A stretch of DNA of 56,142 bases, filler included, from Deltaproteobacteria bacterium (lineage in GTDB: Bacteria > Myxococcota > JACRCW01): the NCBI GenBank assembly GCA_016218805.1. It is 4 parts of 3 records of this genome, joined end to end, with 100 filler letters (N's around TTAATTAATTAA, not from the genome) between each part and the next. Parts side by side here need not be neighbours in the genome. Positions count along the whole stretch, not along the records: positions 1 to 12,080 come from JACRCW010000004.1; 3 more parts are not named here. One strand, 5' to 3'. The translations under genes were made by a program, and so were the position numbers. This document shows, one piece after another, positions 1-9,586 of the stretch (position 1 is the stretch's first letter; each line of letters opens with the position of its first letter). The notes beneath the pieces are model-generated. The model did no database searches, was not told the DNA's origin, and worked only from the letters and a program-made list of their open reading frames with translations.

Positions 1-114
1 AACATTGTCAAGACCGATCCCAGCCGCACCCTGGGCGTCCCCAACACCCGCAAGCGTGCGGGCGGTGACCGCAAGTACTTGATTCACCTCATGACTGGAG
101 CCCTCATCATGTAA
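1..114 (+). CDS. C-terminal fragment of unknown protein (truncated by window edge)
   Basis: Frame 1 is open from base 1 (NIVKTDPSRTLG...HLMTGALIM) to TAA at 112-114 with GC3-rich codons. Confidence 0.5.
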   Translation, partial: NIVKTDPSRTLGVPNTRKRAGGDRKYLIHLMTGALIM

Positions 115-217
115 GGCCTGTCAGAATGCGACCGCCCTGCCTTGAAGACCCGCGCGCGCAGCCGGGCATTGCATTCCAACGGGTTTGGTGGAGGCTCGGC
201 CCAGGAGGGATGGACCC

Positions 218-604
218 ATGACCGCGGTGGCGCTCGCACTGCTGATGTCCCTGGCCGGCCCCGCCGGCGCGACGCCGGAGCGTACGCCGCGCGTGGAGCG
301 CGCGCGGCGCGTGATGCTGGCCGTGGGCGGCGTTCTCGTCGCCACGGGGGCCCTCTCCCTTGCCGTCGCCGCGCCGGCCGCGGCCATCGCCGCCGGCGGA
401 CTGGGCGCGGGCGCGTACTACCAGGGCCGCACGTTGGAGCGCCCCATTGACACGTACCAACTGCAGGCCGCGCAGCAGCGCTCCCGGGTTGCGTACCTCG
501 TCGGCTACACGGGCGTGGCCGTGGGCGCGGTGAGTGGGCTGGCGGCGGTGACGGCGCTGGGCGTGGGCGGGGCGCTGCTGGTGGGCGGGTGGTTGGGACT
601 GTAG
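218..604 (+). CDS. Hypothetical membrane protein
   Basis: AGGAGG RBS before ATG 218; signal-like N-terminus and hydrophobic Gly/Ala segments. Confidence 0.6.
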   Translation: MTAVALALLMSLAGPAGATPERTPRVERARRVMLAVGGVLVATGALSLAVAAPAAAIAAGGLGAGAYYQGRTLERPIDTYQLQAAQQRSRVAYLVGYTGVAVGAVSGLAAVTALGVGGALLVGGWLGL

Positions 605-646
605 GACGCGTGGCGCTTCACCCGGCGCTGTTCTAGGACGACGCGC

Positions 647-1492
647 ATGCGCGGCCGGTGGCTTCCCGTGGTGCTGATTGTGGCCTCCGGCGCCGCGTGC
701 GCGGGGCGCGACCCGACGTACAGCTCGGACATCGGGGTGGAGGCAGTCCCCGTGGACGAGGGGAGCCTTGCGGGATGGTGGGTGGGGCAGTTTGAGGCGG
801 CCTCCGTGGTGAACGTCCCCATTGTCGGACCGCGCAACGGGGGCTCCAACAGCGGGCGCCTGGTGCGGCTGACCTGGAACGCCGGCGCGGGCCGCTATGA
901 CGCGGAGATGACGTGGTGCTGGGCGGACGTGTTTGAAGTGGAGGGCGTGCGCCACGCGTTTGACGACACAGCGCTGGCGCGGCTGCGGGTGGGCGCGACG
1001 ACGGTGACGGCGGAGCATGACCGCGGCGCGGTCCAGTTTGGCCGCGTGCTGGACCTGTGGGGCGTGCGCGACATGCCGGACCCGTACGACACCGAGTTGC
1101 CCACGCACCGCAACTTCAGCTCACCCCCGCAGAGTGACTGGGTGTTTGACGAAGACCAGGACGGGCACCCCGGCGTCACGGACCACATGAGCGGCACCAT
1201 TGACGGCGATGCGTACGTGGTGGTGCGCACCATCTTCTCGCCGCACGGCGTGGCCCGGACCCCTGACCAGCTGGTGGGCCTGGTGGCGCCGGAGCGCATT
1301 GAGCAGCGCGTGCTGGACTCCACCGCGGCCATCTGGGGGATCCAACAGGGCGCCGTGGAGACGCGGCAGACGCCGGACCCGGACCCGCGCGCCAGCTGGT
1401 TCCAGATGGTGCGCATCGCCGATGGCGCCACGTGCAGCGACGTGCGCGCGGCCCGCGCAGACGGGCGGCTGGCCGCGCGCCGGCCGTTCTGA
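647..1492 (+). CDS. Hypothetical lipoprotein/secreted protein
   Basis: Signal peptide ending in GAAC; DEDQDGHPG Ca-binding-like loop; abuts tgt. Confidence 0.7.
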   Translation: MRGRWLPVVLIVASGAACAGRDPTYSSDIGVEAVPVDEGSLAGWWVGQFEAASVVNVPIVGPRNGGSNSGRLVRLTWNAGAGRYDAEMTWCWADVFEVEGVRHAFDDTALARLRVGATTVTAEHDRGAVQFGRVLDLWGVRDMPDPYDTELPTHRNFSSPPQSDWVFDEDQDGHPGVTDHMSGTIDGDAYVVVRTIFSPHGVARTPDQLVGLVAPERIEQRVLDSTAAIWGIQQGAVETRQTPDPDPRASWFQMVRIADGATCSDVRAARADGRLAARRPF

Positions 1493-1494
1493 CC

Positions 1495-2625
1495 ATGAAC
1501 GTGCGTTTCACCCGCGTGGCACAGACCCCCGGCGGCGCGCGTGCCGGCATCCTCCACACGCGCCGGGGCGACGTGCCCACGCCGGTGTTCATGCCGGTGG
1601 CCACCCACGCCGCATTCCGCCACGTGTCCCTGGCGGACGCCGCGGCCGCGGGCGCGCCCGTCATCCTCTCCAACACCTACCACCTGCTGGATGCGCCGGG
1701 GCCGGAGGTGCTGTCCCGCGCCGGCGGCATCCACCGCTTCACCGGCTGGCCCGGCGTGGTGCTGACGGACAGCGGCGGCTTCCAGCTGTTCTCGCTGCGG
1801 GACACCGCGCACACCACGGAACGCGCCGCGCACTTCCGCCTCCCAACGGGGCGGCGCGTGACCCTGTCACCGGAAGCCAGCATGGCCATGCAGCACGCCA
1901 TTGGCAGTGACATCATGATGGTGATGGACGTGTGCGTGGAGTCCACGCTGCCGCTGGATCCCACCCGCGAGGCGATGCTGCGTACCCACCGCTGGGCCCG
2001 CCGCAGCGTTGAGGCGCACCACCGCGCCGGTACGGGGCAGGCGCTGTTTGGCATTGTGCAGGGCGGCGTGCATGAGTCACTCCGGCGTGAGAGCGCGGCG
2101 GAACTGGCGGAGCTTCCGTTTGACGGCATGGCCATTGGCGGGCTGGCGGTGGGTGAGGGCAGGGCGGAGCGCGAAGCGATGACCGCGCTGGTGGCGCCGA
2201 TGCTGCCCGCGGACAAGCCGCGCTACCTGATGGGCGTGGGCACGCCGCTGGACATTGTGGAGGCGGTCCACCGCGGCATGGACATGTTTGACTGCATCCT
2301 GCCCACCAAGATGGCGCAGCAGTCCTACGCGTACACGTTCCGGGGCACGCTGGAACTGCGCCGCCCGTCCATGCGTTTCCATGATGGCCCGCTGGAGCCC
2401 GGCTGCGATTGTGCCGCCTGCACCACGCACGGGCTGGCGTACGTGCACCACCTGCTGCGCGGCGGCCACGCGCAGGGCGTGCGGCTGGTTGCCATCCACA
2501 ACATCCGTCACCTGGTGCGCCTGGTGACCCGCCTGCGTGACGCCATCCTCCGCGCGGACTGGGACGCGACAATTGCCCCGCTGCGCGCGGAGCTGCCGCG
2601 CCGCCTCAAGGAGCCGCTGACGTGA
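1495..2625 (+). CDS. tgt: Queuine tRNA-ribosyltransferase (tRNA-guanine transglycosylase)
   Basis: Motifs TPVFMPV, NTYHL, TDSGGFQ, GIVQGG, AIGGLAVGE, RYLMGVG, DMFDC and zinc site CDCAAC...HN. Confidence 0.93.
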   Translation: MNVRFTRVAQTPGGARAGILHTRRGDVPTPVFMPVATHAAFRHVSLADAAAAGAPVILSNTYHLLDAPGPEVLSRAGGIHRFTGWPGVVLTDSGGFQLFSLRDTAHTTERAAHFRLPTGRRVTLSPEASMAMQHAIGSDIMMVMDVCVESTLPLDPTREAMLRTHRWARRSVEAHHRAGTGQALFGIVQGGVHESLRRESAAELAELPFDGMAIGGLAVGEGRAEREAMTALVAPMLPADKPRYLMGVGTPLDIVEAVHRGMDMFDCILPTKMAQQSYAYTFRGTLELRRPSMRFHDGPLEPGCDCAACTTHGLAYVHHLLRGGHAQGVRLVAIHNIRHLVRLVTRLRDAILRADWDATIAPLRAELPRRLKEPLT

Positions 2626-3503
2626 CCGGCCCGGTTGACGAACGCGCATTTGAACTGGTTACGCTGGCCAGTGGCGCGCGCGCGGTGAAACACCGCGGCC
2701 ACGGTGAGGTCATGCACCCCGGTGTGGGCCCGTGGCGCGAGGCCAACCACCTGTACGTGGACCAGTCCGGCCTGGCCGTGCGGCTGACGGAGCCCGGGCC
2801 GCCCCTGGTCCTGCTGGACGCCGGCCTGGGTGCCGCCACCAACGCGGTGGCCGCGCTGACCTGCGCGCGCGCGCTGGGGCCAGCTCAGCAGCGCGAGCTC
2901 CACGTGTGGAGCCTGGAGACCACGCTGGCTCCCGTGCGGTTGGCGCTGGAGGACGCGGCGGGGTTCCCGTTCCTGCAGCCGTTTGCCGCGGCGGTGCAGC
3001 AGTTGCTGCGTGACGACGTGGTCCACCTGCCCCGCGCCACCTGGCGCCTTGTGGTGGGTGACATGGCGGAAGCCTGGCGCCGCGCGGACCTGCCCGCGGC
3101 GCACGTGGTGTTCTTTGACCCGTTCTCACCTGCCGCCAATCCGCAGCTGTGGACGCCGGCCGCACTCCGGCTGTTGCGCGCGCGTTGTGACGACGGCGCA
3201 GAAGGGTGCGCGCTCTACACGTACAGCGCTTCCACCCCCACGCGGGTGTCGTTCCTCCTCGGCGGATTCTTCGTCGGCGCGGGCGTCTCTGTCGGCACGC
3301 GCCGTGAGACCACCGTGGCCGCCACGCGGCCCGGCCTGTTGCGCGCGCCGCTGGGCGAGCGCTGGATGGCGCGCTGGGAACGCTCGTCCGCGCGCGCGCC
3401 GCACGGCCAGCCGCTCACCGACGAGGTGGAGCGTGCGCTGCGGGACCATCCGCAGTTCCACGCCGGGACGGGTCAGCCCACCTTCAACAGGCTTGCCACG
3501 TAG
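2622..3503 (+). CDS. MnmC/MnmD-like SAM-dependent methyltransferase
   Basis: LDAGLGAATN motif I; FFDPFSPAANPQLWT resembles MnmC FLDGFAP..NP.MW; TYSAS; GTGA overlap with tgt. Confidence 0.8.
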   Translation: MTGPVDERAFELVTLASGARAVKHRGHGEVMHPGVGPWREANHLYVDQSGLAVRLTEPGPPLVLLDAGLGAATNAVAALTCARALGPAQQRELHVWSLETTLAPVRLALEDAAGFPFLQPFAAAVQQLLRDDVVHLPRATWRLVVGDMAEAWRRADLPAAHVVFFDPFSPAANPQLWTPAALRLLRARCDDGAEGCALYTYSASTPTRVSFLLGGFFVGAGVSVGTRRETTVAATRPGLLRAPLGERWMARWERSSARAPHGQPLTDEVERALRDHPQFHAGTGQPTFNRLAT

Positions 3504-4528
3504 CTGCCCACGCGCGCGGCGCTGTTGCCGTCGTGCTGGAAGCGCACGCCAAACACCGGCTGCCCGTCCGCGCGGAACCAGCGGACCTCCGCCGGGACGG
3601 CCAGCGCGTCCCCAAACGGTGCGGGCAGCGTGAAGTGCACCACCGCGCGCACGCCCTCCATCAGCGGCGGCATCTTCCCCAGCATGGCGCCGCCCTCGCT
3701 GATGTTGAGCATCCGGCCCTGGTGCACGCGCCCCGTGCTCTCCTCCACGCGCACGGCCAGCGCGCAATGCACGCGCGGCGCCTGGCGGTCCGTGGTGGGG
3801 TCATGGATGCCGCGCGCAAACTCCGTGACGCGGTCCAGCGCCACCTCGTCAGGGGCCACCGTCACCGCCACGTCCCCGCGGACCGCGCCCTTGCCGGAGC
3901 TGCGGCGCGCGGTGACCTTGCCGTGGACGTAGAACTGCCGGATGGGGCGGCCCAGGAACCGCACCGCCACCTCCACGGAACTGCCCAGCGGGATGGGGTC
4001 CGTGCAGTCCACCAGGATCCCGCGGACCTGCTTGTCCGTGAACAGGTGCTCCAGGAACGCCTGGGGCGAGTCCAGCACCATGAGCAGCCGGGGTGGACCG
4101 GCAGGCGCAGGCGGCGGCGGCGGCGGCGGCGTGACGGGCCGCGCCGGGGTGGGCACGGGGTTGAAGGACTGCGGCAGCGGCGCCGGCGGAGGCATGGGCA
4201 GCGGCGCGGGCGGCGGCGTGTGCCGCGTCCAGGACGCGTTGCCCGCAAACAATGCCCGCAGCTCGCGGTCCAGTACGCCCGAGCGGAGGTCAGACAGCAT
4301 GCGGCCCTGGTGGAGCGTCATCAGCTCCAGCACAAACTCGCCTGACGCCCGGGGCAGGTACGGCACGCGCCGGGTCACCAGCAGCTGGCCCTCCGCGTAC
4401 AGGTTGGTGAGGATGAACCCGTGTTCCGCTCCGCGGTCCAGCGTATGCACGTCCAGCTCGCGCCCCTCCCACCTCACCACCTCGACGAGGGGGACCACCG
4501 GCGGCCGCTTGGGTGCTTCCGTGGACAT
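3473..4528 (-). CDS. PilZ domain-containing protein
   Basis: RQAPR (RxxxR) and NISEGG (D/NxSxxG) c-di-GMP motifs; Pro-rich linker; probable second degenerate PilZ-like domain. Confidence 0.8.
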   Translation of the reverse strand: MSTEAPKRPPVVPLVEVVRWEGRELDVHTLDRGAEHGFILTNLYAEGQLLVTRRVPYLPRASGEFVLELMTLHQGRMLSDLRSGVLDRELRALFAGNASWTRHTPPPAPLPMPPPAPLPQSFNPVPTPARPVTPPPPPPPAPAGPPRLLMVLDSPQAFLEHLFTDKQVRGILVDCTDPIPLGSSVEVAVRFLGRPIRQFYVHGKVTARRSSGKGAVRGDVAVTVAPDEVALDRVTEFARGIHDPTTDRQAPRVHCALAVRVEESTGRVHQGRMLNISEGGAMLGKMPPLMEGVRAVVHFTLPAPFGDALAVPAEVRWFRADGQPVFGVRFQHDGNSAARVGSYVASLLKVG

Positions 4529-4615
4529 GCACGGATCATAGCCTCGCCGGGGTGGCCGTGGCAGCTTCCCGACGGGCGCACGGCGCAGACTGCCCAACGC
4601 CCGGAGACGAACGCG

Positions 4616-5488
4616 ATGCGCCTTCCCGCCATGGATGTGCTCGGCCGCGCGGCACAGCACTTCGGTGAGCGCCAACTCCACGTCGACGCCATGCCGGCGG
4701 ACGTCCTGCGCCTGCGGTTGTCCTCAGGCATGACCCGGATCAACCGCATGGAGGCGTGCGCATACCTTGCGGGGTCGCTGCTGGTGGACTCGGGGTTCTC
4801 CCACGTCGGGCCCCAGGTGAACGCATTCCTCGCACGGCGCGCCGTGGACGCGGTCTTCCTCACGCACCACCATGAGGATCACGCCGGCAACTGCGGCGCC
4901 GTGGCCCGCGCGCACGGCTGCCCCGTGTACCTGCGCAACCCGTCCGCGCGCCACGGCGAGGGCGTGGCCGCGCTGCGCCCGTACCGGCAACTGTGGTGGG
5001 GCGAGCCGGGCGCCTACGATCCCCTCGACGCACCCGCGAGGGTCACCACGGGCGCGCGGACCTTCACGCCCGTTCCCATCCCTGGCCACTCCGCCACGCA
5101 CACGGCGCTGCTGGAGGAGCGGACGGGCATTGTGTTCACGGGGGACCTGTTCGTCAGCCGCGGTGCCAGCGCGGTGATGAGGCACGAGGACCCGTTCCAG
5201 TCCATCACGTCGTTGCGGCGCGTGGCGGACCTGGAGCCGGCGTTGATGCTCACGGGGCACGCGCTGGCCGTGGAGCAGCCCGCGCGCGTGCTGCGGCAGA
5301 AGGCGGACGCCATGGAGAACGCGGCCGCGCAGGTGCTGGAGCTCCACCGCGCCGGCCACCCGCCCAGGGACATCCTGCACCGTGTCTTCCCATACGGCCG
5401 CGGCCAGGACCGCCGGTTTGCATTCTTTACCGGTGGGGAGTTCTCGCGGCTCAACTTTGTGCATGCGTGCATCCGGCACGCGCCGTGA
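4616..5488 (+). CDS. MBL-fold metallo-hydrolase
   Basis: THHHEDHAG, PGHS, FTGD and TGH metal-binding motifs. Confidence 0.88.
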   Translation: MRLPAMDVLGRAAQHFGERQLHVDAMPADVLRLRLSSGMTRINRMEACAYLAGSLLVDSGFSHVGPQVNAFLARRAVDAVFLTHHHEDHAGNCGAVARAHGCPVYLRNPSARHGEGVAALRPYRQLWWGEPGAYDPLDAPARVTTGARTFTPVPIPGHSATHTALLEERTGIVFTGDLFVSRGASAVMRHEDPFQSITSLRRVADLEPALMLTGHALAVEQPARVLRQKADAMENAAAQVLELHRAGHPPRDILHRVFPYGRGQDRRFAFFTGGEFSRLNFVHACIRHAP

Positions 5489-5567
5489 GGCGCGCGTGCA
5501 CGGCGGCAGGCGGCGCGTGGCGTCGGGGACGTAGCGTGGTACAGCCGCTGATCTGCGGAGGTGCAGC

Positions 5568-6419
5568 GTGACCCTGGTTCCCTTGACGGTGGGCGTGGTG
5601 GTGACGCTGTTGATGTTCGTGGGCCACGCGGTGCTGCAGCGCATCCTGTGGCGCGGCACCTCCATGCGCCGTGACCTGGCGGAAGGGAACACGGGCCGCG
5701 CCCTGCTGCAGGTGGGACAGCTGCTGGGGATTGTGCTGGTGGCCACCGCGGTCACGCGCGGCTGCAGCCAGGGGGAGAACCTCGTTGAAGACCTGCAATG
5801 GGCGGGCCTGTACGGGTCGGTTGCGCTGGTGCTCCTGGAGCTGGCTTCCGCCGTGGGGATGCGCCTGCTGGTCCAGTCCCGGCTGCGCGCGGAGATTGTG
5901 CGCGGCAACGCGGCCGCGGGACTGGCGGCGGCCGGGCACGCGGTGAGCACCGCGCTGCTCATCTCCACCAACCTGCACGGCACGGATGCGGCCATGCTGC
6001 CCGTCAGCGTGGTGTTCTTCCTGGCGGGGCAGGCGGCCCTGTACGCGTTCACGCTGGGGTTCCGCGCGCTCACGTCTTACGACGACGCCGAGGAGATCCT
6101 CGGCGAGAACATGGCGGCGGCGTGGTCCTACGCGGGCGCGATGATCGGCGTGGCGCTGGTGGGAACCCACGCGGCAACGGGTGAGTTCGAAGGGTGGGGC
6201 GCGTCGTTTCTCGCGTTTGGCCGCAGCCAGCTGTGGGTGCTGCTGTTCTGGCCGGTGCGCCAGGTGCTGGTGCAGGGGCTCCTGCTGGGAGCGCGTCCCA
6301 CGCTGCGCGGCGGCAGGCTGGACGAGGAAATCGCCCGGGACCGCAACGTGGGCATGGGCGCGCTGGAAGCGCTGGCGTACATTGCCACGGCGCTGTTCAT
6401 CCAGACGGTGGGCACATGA
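5568..6419 (+). CDS. Tandem DUF350-domain membrane protein
   Basis: Repeated 'EI.rgN.a.g/a' motifs (EIVRGNAAAG, EEILGENMAAA, EEIARDRNVGMG) between TM helices. Confidence 0.8.
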   Translation: MTLVPLTVGVVVTLLMFVGHAVLQRILWRGTSMRRDLAEGNTGRALLQVGQLLGIVLVATAVTRGCSQGENLVEDLQWAGLYGSVALVLLELASAVGMRLLVQSRLRAEIVRGNAAAGLAAAGHAVSTALLISTNLHGTDAAMLPVSVVFFLAGQAALYAFTLGFRALTSYDDAEEILGENMAAAWSYAGAMIGVALVGTHAATGEFEGWGASFLAFGRSQLWVLLFWPVRQVLVQGLLLGARPTLRGGRLDEEIARDRNVGMGALEALAYIATALFIQTVGT

Positions 6420-7672
6420 TGGACGCGGGCTACGCCCACCTGGCGGACGCGCTGCTGCGCAGCGGCGTCATCGGGGACCCGTGGGTGGAGGGCGCGCCGC
6501 GCTTCGCCACGCAGCCCGTGGTCATCACCCCGCAGGACGAGCGCCGTTTTCATGACGTGGCGCGCGCGCTGTGCACCGCGTTTGACGCCGTGGGCCGCCT
6601 GTGCGCCGCCGACCCCGCCCTGGTTGACGAGCGGCTGGCCCTCACGCGCACGCAGGCGCTGGTGTGGCGGGCCAGTCACCCGCACTGGCACGGGCTGGCG
6701 CGCGCGGACCTGTTCACCACGTCTGACGGCCTGCGCGCCTGCGAGCTCAACTGTGACACGCCCACCGGCGAAGCCGAGGCCGTCCTCCTCAACCGCCTGT
6801 TGCTGCCCGCGCATCCGGGCACGCGCGACCCCAACGCCGGCCTGGAGGAGGCGTTCACCGCCATGGTGGAAGGCTACGCGCGCGCGGTGCTCGCCCCCGG
6901 CGCGCTGCCAGGCACGGCGGCCATCCTGTACCCCACGGAGATCACCGAGGACCTCTCGCTGGTGCGCCTGTACCGCGGGTGGCTGCAGGCGCGCGGCTGG
7001 CGCGTGCTGCTCGGGAGCCCGTTCAACCTGCAGCCCGGCGCGCACGGCAGCGTGGAGGTGTTTGGCCAGCGCGTGGACCTGGTGTTGCGCCACTACAAGA
7101 CGGACGGGTGGACGGAGCGCACCCCAGCCTGGGACAACGAGCCGCCCTTTGCGGACCCTGAGCCGCTCGTCGGTGCGCTGGGCCTGTTGCTGCAGGCAAC
7201 GCTTGACGGGAAGTGCGCGGTGGTGAACCCGTTTGGGTCCGTGCTGGCGCAGAACAAACGGACCATGGCGCTGCTGTGGGAGGAGCTGGCGCGGTTGCCT
7301 GCCGCGGCCCAGGACGTGGTGCGCGCGCACCTGCCGCTGACCGTGCGCCTGGAGACGCTGGCAGTGGCGCAGCTGCTGGAGGAACGCATGCGCTGGGTCC
7401 TCAAGAGCGACTACGGCGCGGAAGGTGCGGAGGTGGTCAGCGGCGCGCATGTGACCGAACCGGAGTGGCGCGCCGCGGTGGCCCACGCCATCCCGCGGCG
7501 GTGGGTGGCACAGGAGCGGTTCACGCCGCTGGTCGACGCGCGCGGGGAATCCATCAACATGGGAGTGTTTGTGGCCGCGGGCGAACCTTGCGGTCTTTAC
7601 GCACGGCTGCAGGCCGGGCCCACGGATGGCACCGCGCGGTCCGCCGCCGTGCTGGTGCAGGAGGACGCGTGA
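6416..7672 (+). CDS. Glutathionylspermidine synthase family ATP-grasp ligase
   Basis: RADLF, CELNCDTPTG, QNKRTMALLWE, WVLKSDYGAEG motifs; ATGA overlap. Confidence 0.85.
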   Translation: MMDAGYAHLADALLRSGVIGDPWVEGAPRFATQPVVITPQDERRFHDVARALCTAFDAVGRLCAADPALVDERLALTRTQALVWRASHPHWHGLARADLFTTSDGLRACELNCDTPTGEAEAVLLNRLLLPAHPGTRDPNAGLEEAFTAMVEGYARAVLAPGALPGTAAILYPTEITEDLSLVRLYRGWLQARGWRVLLGSPFNLQPGAHGSVEVFGQRVDLVLRHYKTDGWTERTPAWDNEPPFADPEPLVGALGLLLQATLDGKCAVVNPFGSVLAQNKRTMALLWEELARLPAAAQDVVRAHLPLTVRLETLAVAQLLEERMRWVLKSDYGAEGAEVVSGAHVTEPEWRAAVAHAIPRRWVAQERFTPLVDARGESINMGVFVAAGEPCGLYARLQAGPTDGTARSAAVLVQEDA

Positions 7673-8997
7673 CCACGTCGCCACCGGGCGGGAGCAAGCC
7701 GCCGTTTGAACGCAAGATCCTCGCTGACCAGCCGGGCATCCTGGGCGCGCAGTGGTGGCAGGAGGGACTCAAGGACGTGGACAGCGAGGAACGCCGCCGC
7801 GCGCTGGGGCAGCTGCTCGTGGCCGGTGGCATTGTGACCGCCGCGGTGGCGGTGCCGGTGGCCGTGGTGTCCGCCATGAATGACGGGGACGAAACCCGCC
7901 GTCCGGCGATGGCCATCCAGCAACAGAAGGGCTGGGACTTTGGTGCGGACGGCGCGGCGCTCTCCCTGCCGGAGGCCAGCGGCCCGCTGCCTCCCGCCGC
8001 GGCGCTTGCGTCACTGGTCGCGGACCTGGCACCCGCGCTCCCCGCACACCGCCCGTATTACTCCGGTGCGCTGTTCTCCGTGCTCAGCCCGGTCTCGCAA
8101 GACCGTGACGTGGTGGCGGGCCAGCAGCGCCTGGCCACCGTGATGCACCCCATTGAAACCGCCAGCATGCGTGAAGCGCAGCAGCGCGGCACCGCACTAG
8201 CCGGGCTGCTGACCAACATCAGCCCGGGGCTTGCGCTCATTGTGGACCTGCCCGGGCTGGATGCGGTGGCGTTTGCGGCCGGGACATGCGCGCTGCTGGA
8301 ACCGGTGTTTGCGTTTGACAACTGGCCGCACCCACGCGGCGTGGTCCCGTCCCACCTGGCGCTGGCCGCGGTGCTGCACCACCGTGAGCGTCTGATGGCC
8401 GCCGCCCCGGCGCGGCGGGGCAGTCCGCCGCCCGTCTTTGTGCTGGACCGCAACCGCCTGGCCGCGTTTACCGACCCGCGCGCCCAGTTTGACAACCGCT
8501 ACCTGGCGCGCGTGCCGGGCACCGCCGGCCTCAAGGCGCTGGGAATTGACACGGTGTTGTACGTCGCCCCCGGGGGCTCGGAGGCCACGGAGCTGGATGA
8601 CCTCAATGAGGCGTTTGTGGCCTGGCAGGCGGCGGGCATCACGGTGCAGATGGCGCTGGCCGCCGAGTTCACGCCGGACTCGTCGGGGACCTACTACTGG
8701 GGCGGCAGTTCTTCGACGCACGGCGCGTTCCACGCGCGCTACCCGTTCACGCACGGCTTCGTCGGCGCGGCCACCAACCCGCCGGGCATTGGCGGCGTGG
8801 CGCAGTGGCGTCCGGCGCCGCGCACCACGCAGTTCCACCGCTCCGTGGCGGACCCGGTCATCGCCGGCGGCGCCGCGGCGGACTTCGGCACCATGCCCGT
8901 TGTCGTCGCCAGTTCAGGCCTGGTGATGGCGGCGGCGTACGGTCACCGCTACCGCTCGCGAAGCAGCTGGTTCCGCTTCCACTTCCACGGGGGCTGA
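7669..8997 (+). CDS. Hypothetical membrane-anchored protein with C-terminal Arg/Ser/aromatic-GG tail
   Basis: GTGA overlap; RRRA followed by a TM helix; FDNWPHPRG motif; ends RSRSSWFRFHFHGG. Confidence 0.75.
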   Translation: MTTSPPGGSKPPFERKILADQPGILGAQWWQEGLKDVDSEERRRALGQLLVAGGIVTAAVAVPVAVVSAMNDGDETRRPAMAIQQQKGWDFGADGAALSLPEASGPLPPAAALASLVADLAPALPAHRPYYSGALFSVLSPVSQDRDVVAGQQRLATVMHPIETASMREAQQRGTALAGLLTNISPGLALIVDLPGLDAVAFAAGTCALLEPVFAFDNWPHPRGVVPSHLALAAVLHHRERLMAAAPARRGSPPPVFVLDRNRLAAFTDPRAQFDNRYLARVPGTAGLKALGIDTVLYVAPGGSEATELDDLNEAFVAWQAAGITVQMALAAEFTPDSSGTYYWGGSSSTHGAFHARYPFTHGFVGAATNPPGIGGVAQWRPAPRTTQFHRSVADPVIAGGAAADFGTMPVVVASSGLVMAAAYGHRYRSRSSWFRFHFHGG

Positions 8998-8999
8998 GG

Positions 9000-9569
9000 A
9001 TGCGCGCAAGCAGCTACTTCTCCATGCAGGTTGCCTGCCCCACGTTTGACGGGGACCCGCTGCTGGGGTCCCTGCGCACGCTGGTGGAGCGCGCCACGCG
9101 CGCGGCCCGCATGCCGGAGAAGCGGCAGGTGTACGCGGGCATTGCGGACGTGCTGCTCCAGAACCTGGAGCGCGTGGAGTACGGCATCTGGGACTACTGG
9201 AATGAACCGGGCAAGGTGGCCGCCGGCTACCAGGACTGGGTGGACGGGTTGGAGGGCAAGGAGGCACCGCGTGAGGCCGCGCCGCCCGGCGCCCCCGCGT
9301 ACACGCTGTTCACCACCGCGCTGCTGATGAAGAAGGGCTCCAACACCGACACGCGCATGCAGGCGGTGTGCAACGTCAGCGACGGCAAGCTGTGGCGCCG
9401 CAAGACGTTCCGGCGCATCCTCAGCGACGGCGTGCGCAACCTGAACTTTGCGTTTGTCCGCGACGAGGTGATCTACCTGTACCCCAACGATCCCGCGTTT
9501 GCGGTCACCGAGGGGCACCTGCTCAACTCAGGCCACTTCCCCTACCTGCGCAAGGTGGAGGACGACTGA
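9000..9569 (+). CDS. DUF1517-like protein
   Basis: By-eye alignment to DUF1517 core (MQVA, DVLLQNLE, YTLFT, EVIYLYP...HLL...FPYLRKV). Confidence 0.6.
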   Translation: MRASSYFSMQVACPTFDGDPLLGSLRTLVERATRAARMPEKRQVYAGIADVLLQNLERVEYGIWDYWNEPGKVAAGYQDWVDGLEGKEAPREAAPPGAPAYTLFTTALLMKKGSNTDTRMQAVCNVSDGKLWRRKTFRRILSDGVRNLNFAFVRDEVIYLYPNDPAFAVTEGHLLNSGHFPYLRKVEDD

Positions 9570-9586
9570 GACGCCGGACGGACCGC

